This document shows positions 10,715 to 22,670 of a DNA stretch of 64,000 bases, piece after piece. This DNA comes from Octopus sinensis (taxonomy: Eukaryota), in contig NC_042997.1 of NCBI RefSeq assembly GCF_006345805.1, positions 195,486,001 through 195,550,000 of the forward strand, in the 5' to 3' direction. The stretch's first letter is position 1; each line of letters starts with the position of its first letter. The notes below the pieces were generated by a model. The model was not told where the DNA came from. It was given only the letters and a program-made list of their open reading frames with translations, and searched no databases. A program made the position numbers and the translations under genes.

Positions 10715-11606
10715 CGAGAGACCAGCTGCTGGTTCGGCTTTCCAATTATCTCTATCTAGAATACTGGCGGTAGAATACGATTATTTCTCAGAGTGAATAA
10801 ATCAATTTCGCCGACAAAACACAAAATAATTTTTTCGACGAAGCTGTTCTCCTTCTCACACTGTAAAAACATCCTGAAAATAGTTCGTGAAAAACTCAGT
10901 GAATATCGTGTTCTGGAAAAGTCAGTGCTCAAGTATGAATCACGTAGAGAATATTTTCGCATGCATTTGCTACGATCTTGTTACAAGAAATTTGCCATCT
11001 CTGATGAAATTTGGGTAACTATGAAAATTGAATGGCGTTGTAATTAATGGAAACGTAATGTATATATAAACGTTGTTTTCAAATATTGGCATTTCGTCCG
11101 TTTTTCGTGTACCGAGCTCTAATTCCGCCGAGATAGACGTTCTTTTTCCTACTTTGGGTGTCGATAAAATAAGCACCAGTTGAGCAGTGGGGTGAACGCA
11201 ATCGACTTACTTCCTTCTCGGAAATTGCTGGTATTGTCGCAATATTTGAAAATATTTATATATCTACATTACGTTTCTATCAATTCAAATGCGATCCACA
11301 TTTAACCATGTCCCAAAATTCATCTGAGAAGGCAAGTTTCTTGTAGGAAGCTCGTACCCTGTGCATGCAAAAATATTCTACACATGATTCAAACTTGAGC
11401 TCTGATTCGTCCAGAACACGATATTCAATGATTTTTCCACGACCGACTTTCTGCTTGTTCCTGTAGCGTGGATAGAATTGGTGTGTCGAAAAAATTATTT
11501 TGTGTTTTGTCCGAAACAAATTTGTTCAGGCTGGGAAATAATGGTAGTCTACGCCAATATTCTAGATATAGAAAATTGAGAAACTGATGTAGCAGCTGGT
11601 CTCTCA

Positions 11607-11678
11607 GCCGTGATCGTCTAGTGGTTAGGACCCCACGTTGTGGCCGTGGTAACCCAGGTTCGAATCCTGGTCACGGCA
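11607..11678 (+). tRNA. tRNA-His-GTG: tRNA-His (GTG), intact
   Basis: Identical to 1374-1445. Confidence 0.97.
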
Positions 11679-12839
11679 ATTCAGCTACGTTATTTTACAT
11701 ACATATTGTCTTTTTATTGATTTTCTGAATAAAGTACGATATCATATGGCAGCGACATCTGTTTAAGTTACTTGTATTACTTTTTATATATAATTTTAGA
11801 TTTCAAGGTTCTTCTACTCGCGAGCATCACTCTACTTTTTCAGTATGGGCCGTAATATAAGCTTTGTCGAAAAATGATTGTTCACGGCTTGTAAACACAC
11901 TAACGGCTGCAGAAGAAAATACATCCCATACTGGGATTCCACCTCGTCTATGATTCAGAGGACTTTCTGCCAAAAGTCAGAGTCATCGTTACCACACTTG
12001 TCCGAATAAGTGCAACCGCTGCTTAATATTTCTCTAGCTGAACAAGTTCCGCCGAGGTCGACTTTGCCTTTCATGTTTTTGTGGTGGAAAAGAAAATAAG
12101 TACCTGTTGATCATTGGGGTCGATGTAACTGACTTAGTCCCTTCCTCGAACCTGCTGCCCTTGTACCAAAATTTGAAACCAATATTTTTCTTGGTTAACT
12201 GGCAGAATCGTTAGCACGCCCGGCAAAGTGCTTAGCAACATTTCGCTCTTCTTCCCATTTTGAGTTCAAATTTCGCCGTGGACTATTTTATATTTTCTCT
12301 TTTTGGGGGTCAATAAAATAAGTAGCATTTGAATACTGGAAATGATATAATCGACTTACTTCCTCTCAGAAGAAATTCGGGCCTTGTGTCAAAGTAGAAA
12401 GGATTAGCTTATTGCTTATCACAAATCCATAAAAACCGCCCACAAGAACATGCAGAAATAAATCTATAGTTTAATACGGAATAGCACATCCGTTTCCTTT
12501 CTTGAAAAAAAAAACCCATTCCTTAGAGCAAACTATCGGATTATTATTTTCTTGCATCAAGAAATATCACTGTTGTCCCATTCGCATTTCAGAGTTCCTC
12601 AATATTCATTAGAGACAGTAAATTTTCTTGTGAGAAGATCATGCCCAGAGCATGTCATAATATTCTATACGGGATTAAAACTGAGCTCTGACATGTCCAC
12701 AATACGATATTCAAGGAATTTTCGAAGATCTACTTTTCAGTTGCTTCTGCAGTGTGGAGAAGTGTTGCTTTGTTGAAAAATTACTTTGATTTTAGCTAAT
12801 TAGAAAATCCCTATAAAAGATGAAAGCAATAACTATACT

Positions 12840-13320
12840 GGGGAGCAATGTTTAATGCCACTTTAACATGGCTGTTCCGTAGAAAGCGACGTTATCGTTA
12901 TTTGAAGCCGATGGGAACTCCTCCTGCCGCTGGTTATTCGATGCAATCTGCATCCGATATATACTGCAAGCAAGGGAGTGAACTCTACCATGATCCAGCC
13001 ACGAGATCACTAGACCGTACGGTCTCGACCTCTTTGTGGTCATTCTCTGTGATATATACTTGTCCGCTAGAGATAGCAGTAGTTCACCCCAGTTCGTAAT
13101 AAATAGAAAACAAATGACACCCAGCCACTGATCTTGCAACATGCAAGTTAGCGTGTTAGATCTGTATAAGAGATGAAAGCAGTATTTATACAGAGAAGCA
13201 ATGCATATCGCCACATATCGGATGCTGATTGAATCGGATAACAAGATGGAGGAGGAGTACTCCTGGTGTTAAAATAACAGTAACTTCGGTTCTAACGGAG
13301 CGGCCAGGTTTTAGTGGTTA
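12840..13320 (-). mobile_element. Tc1 relic, N-terminal (HTH/linker) part
   Basis: ORF 12852-13244 QRMTTKRSRPYGLVISWLDHGR resembles Tc1 QRIIKRYxETGSVxDxPRSGRP. Paralog of the 2940-3420 block. Confidence 0.5.
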
Positions 13321-13444
13321 TAAACATTACTTTGATTTTCTTTTCTCCAGGAAATTGTTTTTTGACGTACGGAAGTAATTTCATTCTACCGCGACTATTC
13401 TATAAATACGTAATTTAAAGTCATGCCTAACAGCTGTCGTAGTG

Positions 13445-13517
13445 ACTTCGATCATCTAGTTCTTAGGACTCTGAAGTTGTGTCAGTGGTAATCCAGGTTC
13501 GATTCCTGGTCACGGCA
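13445..13517 (+). pseudogene. Degenerate tRNA-His
   Basis: Retains CCAGGTTCGATTCCTGGTCACGGCA. The 5' acceptor strand and anticodon stem are eroded. Confidence 0.75.
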
Positions 13518-14128
13518 GGTCGTTTAATTTTTGTTTTCGTACCTTTTGTTTTTCTACTTCTATTGATTTTCTAGATATACTGCAACACGATATTGCAGCT
13601 ACATCTCTTTAATTTGTTTGTATTAACTTTATATATAATTTTATATTTCAAATTTTCTTAGTGTCTGACTTTGCGTGCTGGCAGAATGGTTAGCACGCCG
13701 AGCTAAATGCTTAGTAGCACTTCGTCCGTCTTTTGCGTACTGAGTTCATATTCCGCCGAAGTCGATTTTCTTTTTTCTATTTTCGGGGTCGATAAAATAA
13801 GCACCAGTTGAGCACTGGGGTCAATGCAGCTTCCCAAAATTCATCAGAGAAGACAAATTTCTTGTAAGAAGATCGTAGCGAATGCATGCCAAAATATTCT
13901 CTACGTGATTTAAACTTGAGCTCTTAGTTGTCCACAACGCGATATTCACTGAGTTTTTCACGAACGATTTTCAGTATGTTTCTGTAGTGTGGTGAGAACT
14001 GGTTCGTTGAAAAAACTTTGTTCGTGTTTTCGAGGAATTGCTTTGTTTACACGGGGAAATAACCACATTCTACCGCCAATATTCTAGATATATATAATTG
14101 AAAAGCAGACCCGGTAGCTCGTCTAACG

Positions 14129-14181
14129 GCCGTGATCGTCTAGTGGTTAGGACAACCTAGATTCGAATCCTTGTTACGGTA
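14129..14181 (+). pseudogene. tRNA-His pseudogene lacking the anticodon arm
   Basis: GCCGTGATCGTCTAGTGGTTAGGAC|AACCTAGATTCGAATCC..., a 19-nt deletion. Confidence 0.8.
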
Positions 14182-14596
14182 GATCGGCTAGTTTAATCTT
14201 CGTACATATTTTTCTCTTTATATTGATTTTTCTTAATAAAGTACGATGTGATATGTCTGCGATATGTGTTTAAGTTATTTGTATTTTATATATAACTTTA
14301 GATTACAGAGTTTTTATATCTACATTACGTTTCAAATATCCTCAACGCCAGTCCAGTTCAGAGTTTCCCAAAATACACCAGAAAGGCAAATTTTCTTGTA
14401 ACAAGATCGTACCCAATGCATGTCAAAATGCTCTATACGAGATTCAGAACTTAGCTCTGACTTACCCAGAGCACAGTATTCTTTGTTTGTGTATCGTCAG
14501 AGGAATTGTTTTTTACAAGCTGGGAAGCAATCGTATTCTACCGCCAATATTCTACATATCCATAATTGAAAAACTAACCCGGTAACTTGTCTTTTG

Positions 14597-14655
14597 GTCG
14601 CGATTGTCTCCATTTTGTGGCGGTGGCAACCGAGGTTCGAATCCTAGTCACGGTA
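14597..14655 (+). pseudogene. tRNA-His pseudogene lacking the D loop
   Basis: GTCGCGATTGTCT|CCATTTTGTGGCGGTGGCAACCGAGGTTCGAATCCTAGTCACGGTA, a 13-nt deletion. Confidence 0.75.
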
Positions 14656-14960
14656 GGTCGGCTAATCTATTTTTTCTCTTCTTACTGATTTTATTAATAT
14701 ACTACAATGTGATATGGCAGCGATTTCTGTTTAAGTTGTTTTTTATTTCTTTTACATATAATTTTAGATTTGGAAGTTTTTCTTGTCGTGAGCATGGCTC
14801 TGTTGTTTGGAGTGTGAACGGGTGTAATGCTTCGTTGAAAAATTAATTTGTTTTTGTTTCCTCCAGGAAATTGTTTCTTCACGCTGGGAAGTAATCTTAT
14901 TCTGCCACCAATATTCTAGATATACATAATTAAAAACTTTTTGGACAGGCTGATCCATTG

Positions 14961-15000
14961 GTCGTGATTGTCTAGTGGTAAGCACCGGTGACCCAGGTTC
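14961..15000 (+). pseudogene. Truncated tRNA-His remnant fused to a SINE body
   Basis: GTCGTGATTGTCTAGTGGTAAGCAC|CGGTGACCCAGGTTC, followed by the SINE B body. Confidence 0.6.
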
Positions 15001-15715
15001 AGTCTGCCGCTGCGTTCTGAGTTCAAATTCTGCCGAGGTCGACTTTGCTTTTCATCCTTTCGGGATCGATAAATTAAGTACCAGTTATGCACTGGGGTCG
15101 ATATAATCGACTTAATCCGTTTGTCTGTCCTTGTTTGTATTATCTGTGTTTAGCCCCTTGTGGGTAGTAAAGAAACAGGTATTTACATTCTGAATTCAAA
15201 TTCCGCCGTGGTCGACTTTGCTTTTCATCCTTTCGGGGTTGATAAATTAAGTACCAGTTACGCACTGGGGTCGATCTAATCGACTGCACCCTCCCCAAAA
15301 ATTTCGGGTCTTGTGCCTAGAGTAGAAAACAATATTTTCTGAACACTTTTCCTTGCGAGCTGGCAGAAATATTAGTATGCAGGGAAAAATGCTAAACGGC
15401 ATTTCGTCCGTCTTTACGTTCTGAGTTCAAATTCCGCCGAAGACTGCTTTGTGTTTTATACTTTGGGGGGTCGATAACATAAGTACCAACCGAACACTGG
15501 TACCGTGCCGGATTAAGTGCTTAGCATTTCTCCTGCTTTTACGTTCTGAGTTCAAATTTCACTGTGGTCGACTATGTCTTTCATCCTATCGGGGTCGATA
15601 AAATAAATAACAGTTGAATACTAGGATCGATGTAATCAACTTAGCTCCGCCCCCGAACTTGCTGACCTTGTGCCAAAATTTGAAAGCAATTTGTTACACC
15701 CAACTATCATAATTC
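15001..15715 (+). mobile_element. Stack of SINE family B bodies (about 4 partial copies)
   Basis: Repeated GAGTTCAAATTCCGCCGAGGTCGACTTTGCCTTTCATCCTTTCGGGGTCGATAAA-like core. Confidence 0.8.
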
Positions 15716-16077
15716 TTTATTGCTCATAAAGGCTAAACATAGAAGTACTTGCCTTGTGCTAAAATTCGAAACCAATATTTATATTGGTTTACAGAAACTT
15801 AGCACATTCTTTAGAGGGGAAAACTAGCATCTTCCAGCGTTCTTGTCATGGTTCTTTCTAGAAACAGCCTTATAGTCATCAGTTATAAACCCCTTAATAT
15901 TTGCTGCAGACCTATATTACATAAAGAACTAAACCTTTCTGTTTTCTATCATCGGTGCTTATACTGCGCTGAGTCAAAAGTTTAACCATATTTTGATAAT
16001 TTATTTGCTCGGTGTGCTAACGATTCTGCCGGCACGCAAAGTGAAACACTAAGTTGCAATAATAGCAGCTTAGCATA

Positions 16078-16275
16078 TAAATAGAGGCCATCGTGTTGCA
16101 TCATCTGAAGCCACTCTTCTACAAATTCTTTGATTCCACCCTGATACCAGCTCTTGTCCTTCGAAGCGAAGAATTCATTCACTGAAGATTCCTCTTCGTC
16201 TTGGTTGATGAAGCTTTGCGAACGCACGAAGTGAGTCAGGGATCGCAACAATTAATAATCCCAGGGAGAGATTTT
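16078..16275 (-). mobile_element. Mariner transposase C-terminal relic
   Basis: SPWDY*LLRSLTHFVRSQSFINQDEEESSVNEFFASKDKSWYQGGIKEFVEEWLQMMQHDGLY. Confidence 0.85.
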
Positions 16276-16284
16276 TCCGCACTC

Positions 16285-17000
16285 CTAATGTACATAAGCG
16301 GTGGTTAAGCAAGGGACATCTTCTGGAACCTGTCGCCAAACATGGGCGTTTCGAACACAAGGTGATGCTCTGCTTTTGGTGGAATTATGAGGGAATAATT
16401 TACTAAGAGTTTGTTCCGGACGATCGAAACATCAATCATAACCTGTACTCCGAACAGCTGGAGCAGATATATGCTATTGTGCGGCAAAAAATAACCCGAC
16501 ATTGGTTAACAGAAAGCGATCTCTTCTGCAAGACAACGCAAGACCTCATACCACTCTAACGACCCAGAATAAACTCTAGGAACTTGAAGGAATTGAACTG
16601 ATGTCACGCCCAGCATATATATTTCTTTACAAAGAGGGGGCAAACAAGGACAGACAAAGGGATTAATTCGATTACATCGACCCAGTGCGAAACTGGTACT
16701 TTATTTATCGACCCCGAAATGATGAAAGGCAAAGTCGACCTCGGCGGAATTTGAACTCAGAACGCAGCGACAGACGAAATACCGCTAAGCATTTCGCCCG
16801 GCGCGCTAACGTCTCTGCCAGCTCGCCGCCTTCACGCCCAGCATATAGTCCAGACCTAGCTCCCTTTGATTACTACGTGTTCCAATCCATGGCTCACTTC
16901 CTGCGCTCGCGATGCTTCATCAGCCAAGAGAAAGTGGAAGCTTCAGTAAAGGAATTCTTCGCCTCGATGGTACTACACGATGGCCTCTCCTTTGAACACT
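16285..17000 (+). mobile_element. Mariner (DD34D-type) transposase relic interrupted by a SINE
   Basis: KVMLCFWWNYEGII...LLQDNARPH...PAYSPDLAPFDYYVFQSM. Contains stops and a frameshift. Confidence 0.9.
16620..16831 (-). mobile_element. SINE family B with 16-bp TSD
   Basis: TSD TCACGCCCAGCATATA at 16604-16619 and 16832-16847. Confidence 0.9.
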
Positions 17001-17154
17001 GGACTGCTTTTGTTGTAACCTGTCGAATAGAGAAAATAAATGACCAAAATATAGCAAAACCTTTTGACTCAACACGATATTAGTTCTAACCCTGCCAGGC
17101 CCTTTATTTCTTGAAGCCGAACCAGTTTTCTGGATGTGTAGAACTATTTTCTTT

Positions 17155-17186
<32 letters not shown>

Positions 17187-17226
17187 GAGAGAGAGAGCGA
17201 GAAAGAGAGAGAGAGAAAGAAAGAAG

Positions 17227-17310
<84 letters not shown>
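17155..17310. repeat. (GA)n microsatellite
   Basis: Seen directly in the sequence. Confidence 0.95.
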
Positions 17311-17313
<3 letters not shown>

Positions 17314-17497
17314 AGAATCTTCTTCATGAATTTCAGAGTAAGACATGTCTGCTTTATGAAAAATAGCAGTTGGAATTTTAATATCCACAGTAAGACAGGC
17401 TTCTTTCTTTGACGACCATTATATCACAAGAAAAAATGTTAAAGCCACTTACGCATAGAAATTCCTCAATATATTAATATATCAGACTCAGCTATGA

Positions 17498-18145
17498 AGC
17501 GGCGAGCTGGCAGAAGATTTACCGCGCTGGACTAATTGCTTAGCATTTCTCCTGCTTTTACGTTCTGAGTTCAAATTTCACTGTGGTCGACTTTGTCTTT
17601 CATCCTCCTATCGGGGTCGATAAGATAAGTAACAGTTGAATACTGGGATCGATGTAATCAACTTAGCCTCGCCCCCGAACTTGCTGGCCTTGTGCCAAAA
17701 TTTGAAAGCAATTTGTTACACCCAACTATCATAATTCTTTATTGCCCACAAAGGGCTAAACATAGAAGGGACAAACAAGAACAGACAAAGGGATTAAGTC
17801 GATTATATCGACCCCAGTGCGTAATAGGTACTTAATTTATCAACCCCGAATGGATGAAAGGCAAAGTCGACCTCGGCGGAATTTGAACTCAGAACGTAGC
17901 GGCAGACGAAATACCTATTTCTTTACTACCCACAAGGGGCTAAACACAGTGGACAAACAAGGACAGACAAACGGATTAAGTCGATTACATCGACCCCAGT
18001 GCGTAACTGGTACTTATTTAATCGACCCCGAAAGGATGAAAGGTAAAGTCGACATCGGCGGAATTTGAACTCAGAACGTAGCGGCAGACGAAATACCGTT
18101 AAGCATTTTGCCGGCGCGCTAACGTTTCTGTCAGCTCGCCGCCTT
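17498..18145. mobile_element. Tail-to-tail SINE B copies (+ 17498-17715; - 17736-18145 with duplicated core)
   Basis: Heads GCGGCGAGCTGGCAGA at both outer ends. Confidence 0.8.
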
Positions 18146-18914
18146 AGACCCAGCTATCTCAGAATGCAAGCACATTAATTATGTTCAAAATTGAACTGCA
18201 TTCCTCTGTGGTGTGAAACCTTAATAAAAATGTCAAGGCCACTACTATGACAGGAATCTAATATAGCGATGCACAAATGAACTGTCAGAGCTTTTGATCA
18301 TGAAGATAAACTACTGAAATAAATGTGTTCTTCATAATGTTATTAACTAAAAAACTGATATACTCTGCATGACTATGATTACAACTTTGCGAACCGAACT
18401 CTCAACTTATTTCTATAATTACACAAATATAATTATCCATTTACGTTAAAAGTTTGAAAATTGCACCCCTGAGGTTCATGAAATTAAATTATGTATTCAA
18501 CTGGGGTATTAATGAATCGATAAAATATATAGGTTAATCATGACAATATTTGTTTGAATTTCAATATTGTTCTTTTATATTTCAAAATGAAAGATAAATT
18601 GTGGGGAAAAAATATGCTTCATTTGTTTTATGAAAGAAAAAGAAGTGAACAATTAAACCGGATGTAAAAACCAACAGTTTTATTTACACGCGCAGTTATC
18701 TGCAGCCATCTTAGAATAAATAGGAGATGAATGTAAGTAAAAGATGGAAGTATATTTCTTCGAGGGATTAAATTATGACAAAGGCAAGAACACTAATGTG
18801 GTGGGAGCCGAATATACATACATACATACATAGATGCATGCATGCATGCATACATACATACATACATGCATACATACATACATGCATACATACATACATA
18901 TATGCATACATACA

Positions 18915-18949
<35 letters not shown>

Positions 18950-19142
18950 CCCCGGGCTGACCAATGCCTTGTGCGAGGATTTGGTAGACGGAAACTGAAA
19001 GAAGCCTGTCGTATATATGTATATATATATGTATGTGTGTATATGTGTGTGTGTGTGTTTGTCCCCCTAGCATTGCTTTACAACCGATGCTGGTGTGTTT
19101 ACGTCCCCATCACTTAGCGGTTTGGAAAAGAGACCGATATAC

Positions 19143-19219
<77 letters not shown>

Positions 19220-19307
19220 AGGAGAGAGAAAGTGAGATAGACAGACAAATAGATGTGCAAGTATATACATATATGCGTGCGTGTATGTGTACCTATGTAT
19301 GTGTATG

Positions 19308-19361
<54 letters not shown>

Positions 19362-19719
19362 TGTGTGTGTTTGTGTGTCTGTATTTGTCCCCCTAGCATT
19401 GCTTGACAACCGATGCTGGTGTATTTAAGTCCCCATCACTTAGCGGTGCGGCAAAAGAGATCGATAGAATAAGTACTGGGCTTATAAAGAATAAGTCCCG
19501 GGGTCGATTTGCTCGACTAAAGGCGGTGCTCCAGCATGGCCGCAGTCAAATGACTGAAACAAGTAAAAGAGTAAAAGAGTAAAAGAGCCGACAACTGATG
19601 AAGGGTCGTTCTTTATGTTACTTGTCTTATTTTCCATTTCTTTTTCTCGTTGTTCGCAAAAACAAAGTTTGTCTTTTGGATTTCATGTTTACGTTTTGTG
19701 ACGTCCTGTACCCATATAT

Positions 19720-19772
<53 letters not shown>

Positions 19773-20001
19773 CTCTTTACTCTTTTACTTGTTTCAGTCA
19801 TTTGACTGCGGCCATGCTGGAGCACCGCCTTTAATCGAGCAACTCGACCCCGGGACTTATTCTTTGTAAGCCCAGTACTTATTCTATCGATCTCTTTTGC
19901 CGCACCGCTAGGTAACGGGGACTTAAATACACCAGCATCGGTTGTCAAGCAATGCTAGGGGGACAAATACAGACACACAAACACACACACGCATATATAT
20001 A

Positions 20002-20040
<39 letters not shown>

Positions 20041-20128
20041 CATACACATACATAGGTACACATACACGCACGCATATATGTATATACTTGCACATCTATT
20101 TGTCTGTCTATCTCACTCTCTCTCTCCT

Positions 20129-20176
<48 letters not shown>

Positions 20177-20184
20177 CATATGTA
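18950..20184. mobile_element. SINE family C pieces with internal microsatellites, arranged as an inverted duplication
   Basis: GGTAGACGGAAACTGAAAGAAGCC and CAGCATGGCCGCAGTCAAATGACTGAAACAAG motifs. Arms 19140-19581 and 19771-20184. Confidence 0.8.
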
Positions 20185-20338
20185 CGTATGTTTATGTATT
20201 TATGCATATATACATACATATACACAAACATACACACACACATTAATTCGCACACACACACACGCAAAAACACACGCATATCTATATATATATATGTAAA
20301 CTATACTAACATATAAAGATAGATAGATAGATATATAG

Positions 20339-20400
<62 letters not shown>

Positions 20401-21653
20401 TGGGAGACGAGTAACAGCACCTTTCCCGCACTTTTCCATGTAAATCTTGACCTTGTTTTCCGTGAGCAATAAATAATAAATATCCTCTCCTATCTACATT
20501 TATTGATGGCAAGAATTTCAGTATCGTGCATTTATTTATTCAATGTATCAACATTAATCAGACACCACACTCCACTTGAGACAACGAGCATATATTGTAG
20601 GTATATATGTATGTATATATGTATTATATGTTTGTACGCATGTATAATGTACGTACGTACGCATGCTTCTTTGTATGTGCGTGTAAGTTTGTATGTATAT
20701 ATATATGTATATATGTACATATTTGTGTTTGTATCTATGTATGTGTTTGTATGCATGTGTCTATGTTTGTATATGCGTATGTACATTTGCATAAGTTTGT
20801 GTGTGTGTGTGTGTTTGTGTGTGTGTATGTGCGTGAGTTATATTAGAAACAGGATGTATGTCATTCTAATTTTGATTTATTACAAGATTAACACTGTGAC
20901 ACAAAGCTGTTTAACCCACTGACTTTAATAAGACTCTTGAAGCACACGCATACACACGCACGCACGCAAGCTCATACACACACACACACGCGCACGCACA
21001 CACACACACACGCACGCACTCACACTCCTAGATCGACTTTGTTCTTTCATCCCTTAAAAGTTTGATAAAATTTGTACCAGTAATAACCTAGTCTTAATTA
21101 AATGAATTATACCTTTCACCCACGCAAAATGGCTTTGCATCTAATCTTAAGACTCATCTTAGTATCTGTCACATTGTTGTAATAGCAGTCGCATAGTTGA
21201 CTCAAATAAGACTCTTGGAGCTCACGCATACACACGCACGCGAACTCATACGCACATACACACACGCACACTCCTTGATCGACTTTGTTCTTCATCCCTT
21301 AAAAGTTTGATAAAATTTGTACCAGTAATAACCTAGTCTTAATTAAATGAATTATACCTTTCACCCACGCAGAATGGCTTTGCATCTTAAAAGTTTGATA
21401 AAATTTGTATCAGTAACAACCTAGTCTTAATTAGATAAATTATACCTTTCACCCACGCAAAGTAGCTTTGCATCTAATCTTAAGACCCGTCTTAGTATCT
21501 GTCACACTCTTGTAATAGCAGTCGCATAGTTTGTTCATATTCACCTAGCACACCTCACTTTAACTTGTATCTCTGGAGTGCACTTGCAGAAACGAGTAGC
21601 CTTTATGTGGTCGCCCAGCCTATCGGCCCTTTTATGTACCTGCTATTGGCCTG

Positions 21654-21975
21654 GCTCTCCGTCGGTTACGGCAATGAGTGTTCCAGTTGATTCGGTCAAC
21701 GGAACAGCCTGCTCGTGAAGTTAACGTGCAAGTGGCTGAGCACTCCACAGATACGCCTACCCTGGACGTAGTTGTCAGGGAGATTCCGTGTGGTACACTG
21801 ATTGTTACAAGGCTGGACCATTGAATTACAGATACAATTCATTTTTGCCAGCCGAGGGGGCAGGAGCAAAATGAAATAAAGTGTCAAGTTCAAGGACGCA
21901 ACGCACTGCCGAGATTCGAACCTACAACTTTACGATCGTGAGCCGAATACCATAACCACTGAGCCACGCGCCATC
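21654..21975 (-). mobile_element. tRNA-derived SINE (family D, CORE-like middle)
   Basis: Head GGCGCGTGGCTCAGTGGTTATGGTATTCGGCTCACGATCG. The 3' part is shared with family A. Confidence 0.8.
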
Positions 21976-22670
21976 ACTGCCACGCTGAAGTCTGAAGATT
22001 CATGTTTTTTCCTTGAAAAGCAATGGTTACCCGTTGCCCTCTACCAGTTTGTTTAATATTCCCTCTGCTTGTCACCTGCTTTCTCAAGCTTACTCATGTG
22101 GAACAAAATCTGTTTAACCCCTAGACGGGGGAAATCGGTTTACATAAAATCAGAACATATCCACACATCAGTGGGCTTGTGTTTTCGCATATTTAGGGGG
22201 TCAGTTCATTTCCGAGTCCCGAATGCTTTAGTTGCCAGCCCTCTTCTAATATTTTATCTTTAGTTATCTATATTATATCTTTAGTTATCTATAGTTAATA
22301 TTATATCTTTAGTTGCCGGCCCTCTTCTAATATTTTATCTATTCTGTTACCCTTGACAGATGCTATCACCCTAGGCTAGAGCGAATCTAAGAGTGGTAGC
22401 AACTAAGGGGCAGCTCCGTACACTTCTAAATTCCTGAACTCCGGTGTTGGAGCCTCACCACCAGACACAGTTGAGTGTCTTGCCCAAGATCATCCTATAC
22501 TATTTTTAACAATGAGAAAACGTATCTATTCATTGTTAATAGTTCAGGCAGATTCGAACGTGGAATTCTGATCGCTGTTGTTTTCGTCATCGGAGAATAC
22601 TTCCTTTAATTAGACGATGTATGTTCATAATCACGTGTGGTTATGAACACATATCATCTTTAGTTAAATA

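Noticed and set aside
1-15000. Regularly recurring conserved 72-mers as a CRISPR-like array
   Set aside because: The repeats are tRNA genes, the spacers are kb-long and homologous to each other, and there are no cas genes.
16685-17083. 132-aa ORF containing YSPDLAP
   Set aside because: A chimera of antisense SINE and the mariner C-terminus. It lacks the DNA-binding domain and two catalytic residues.
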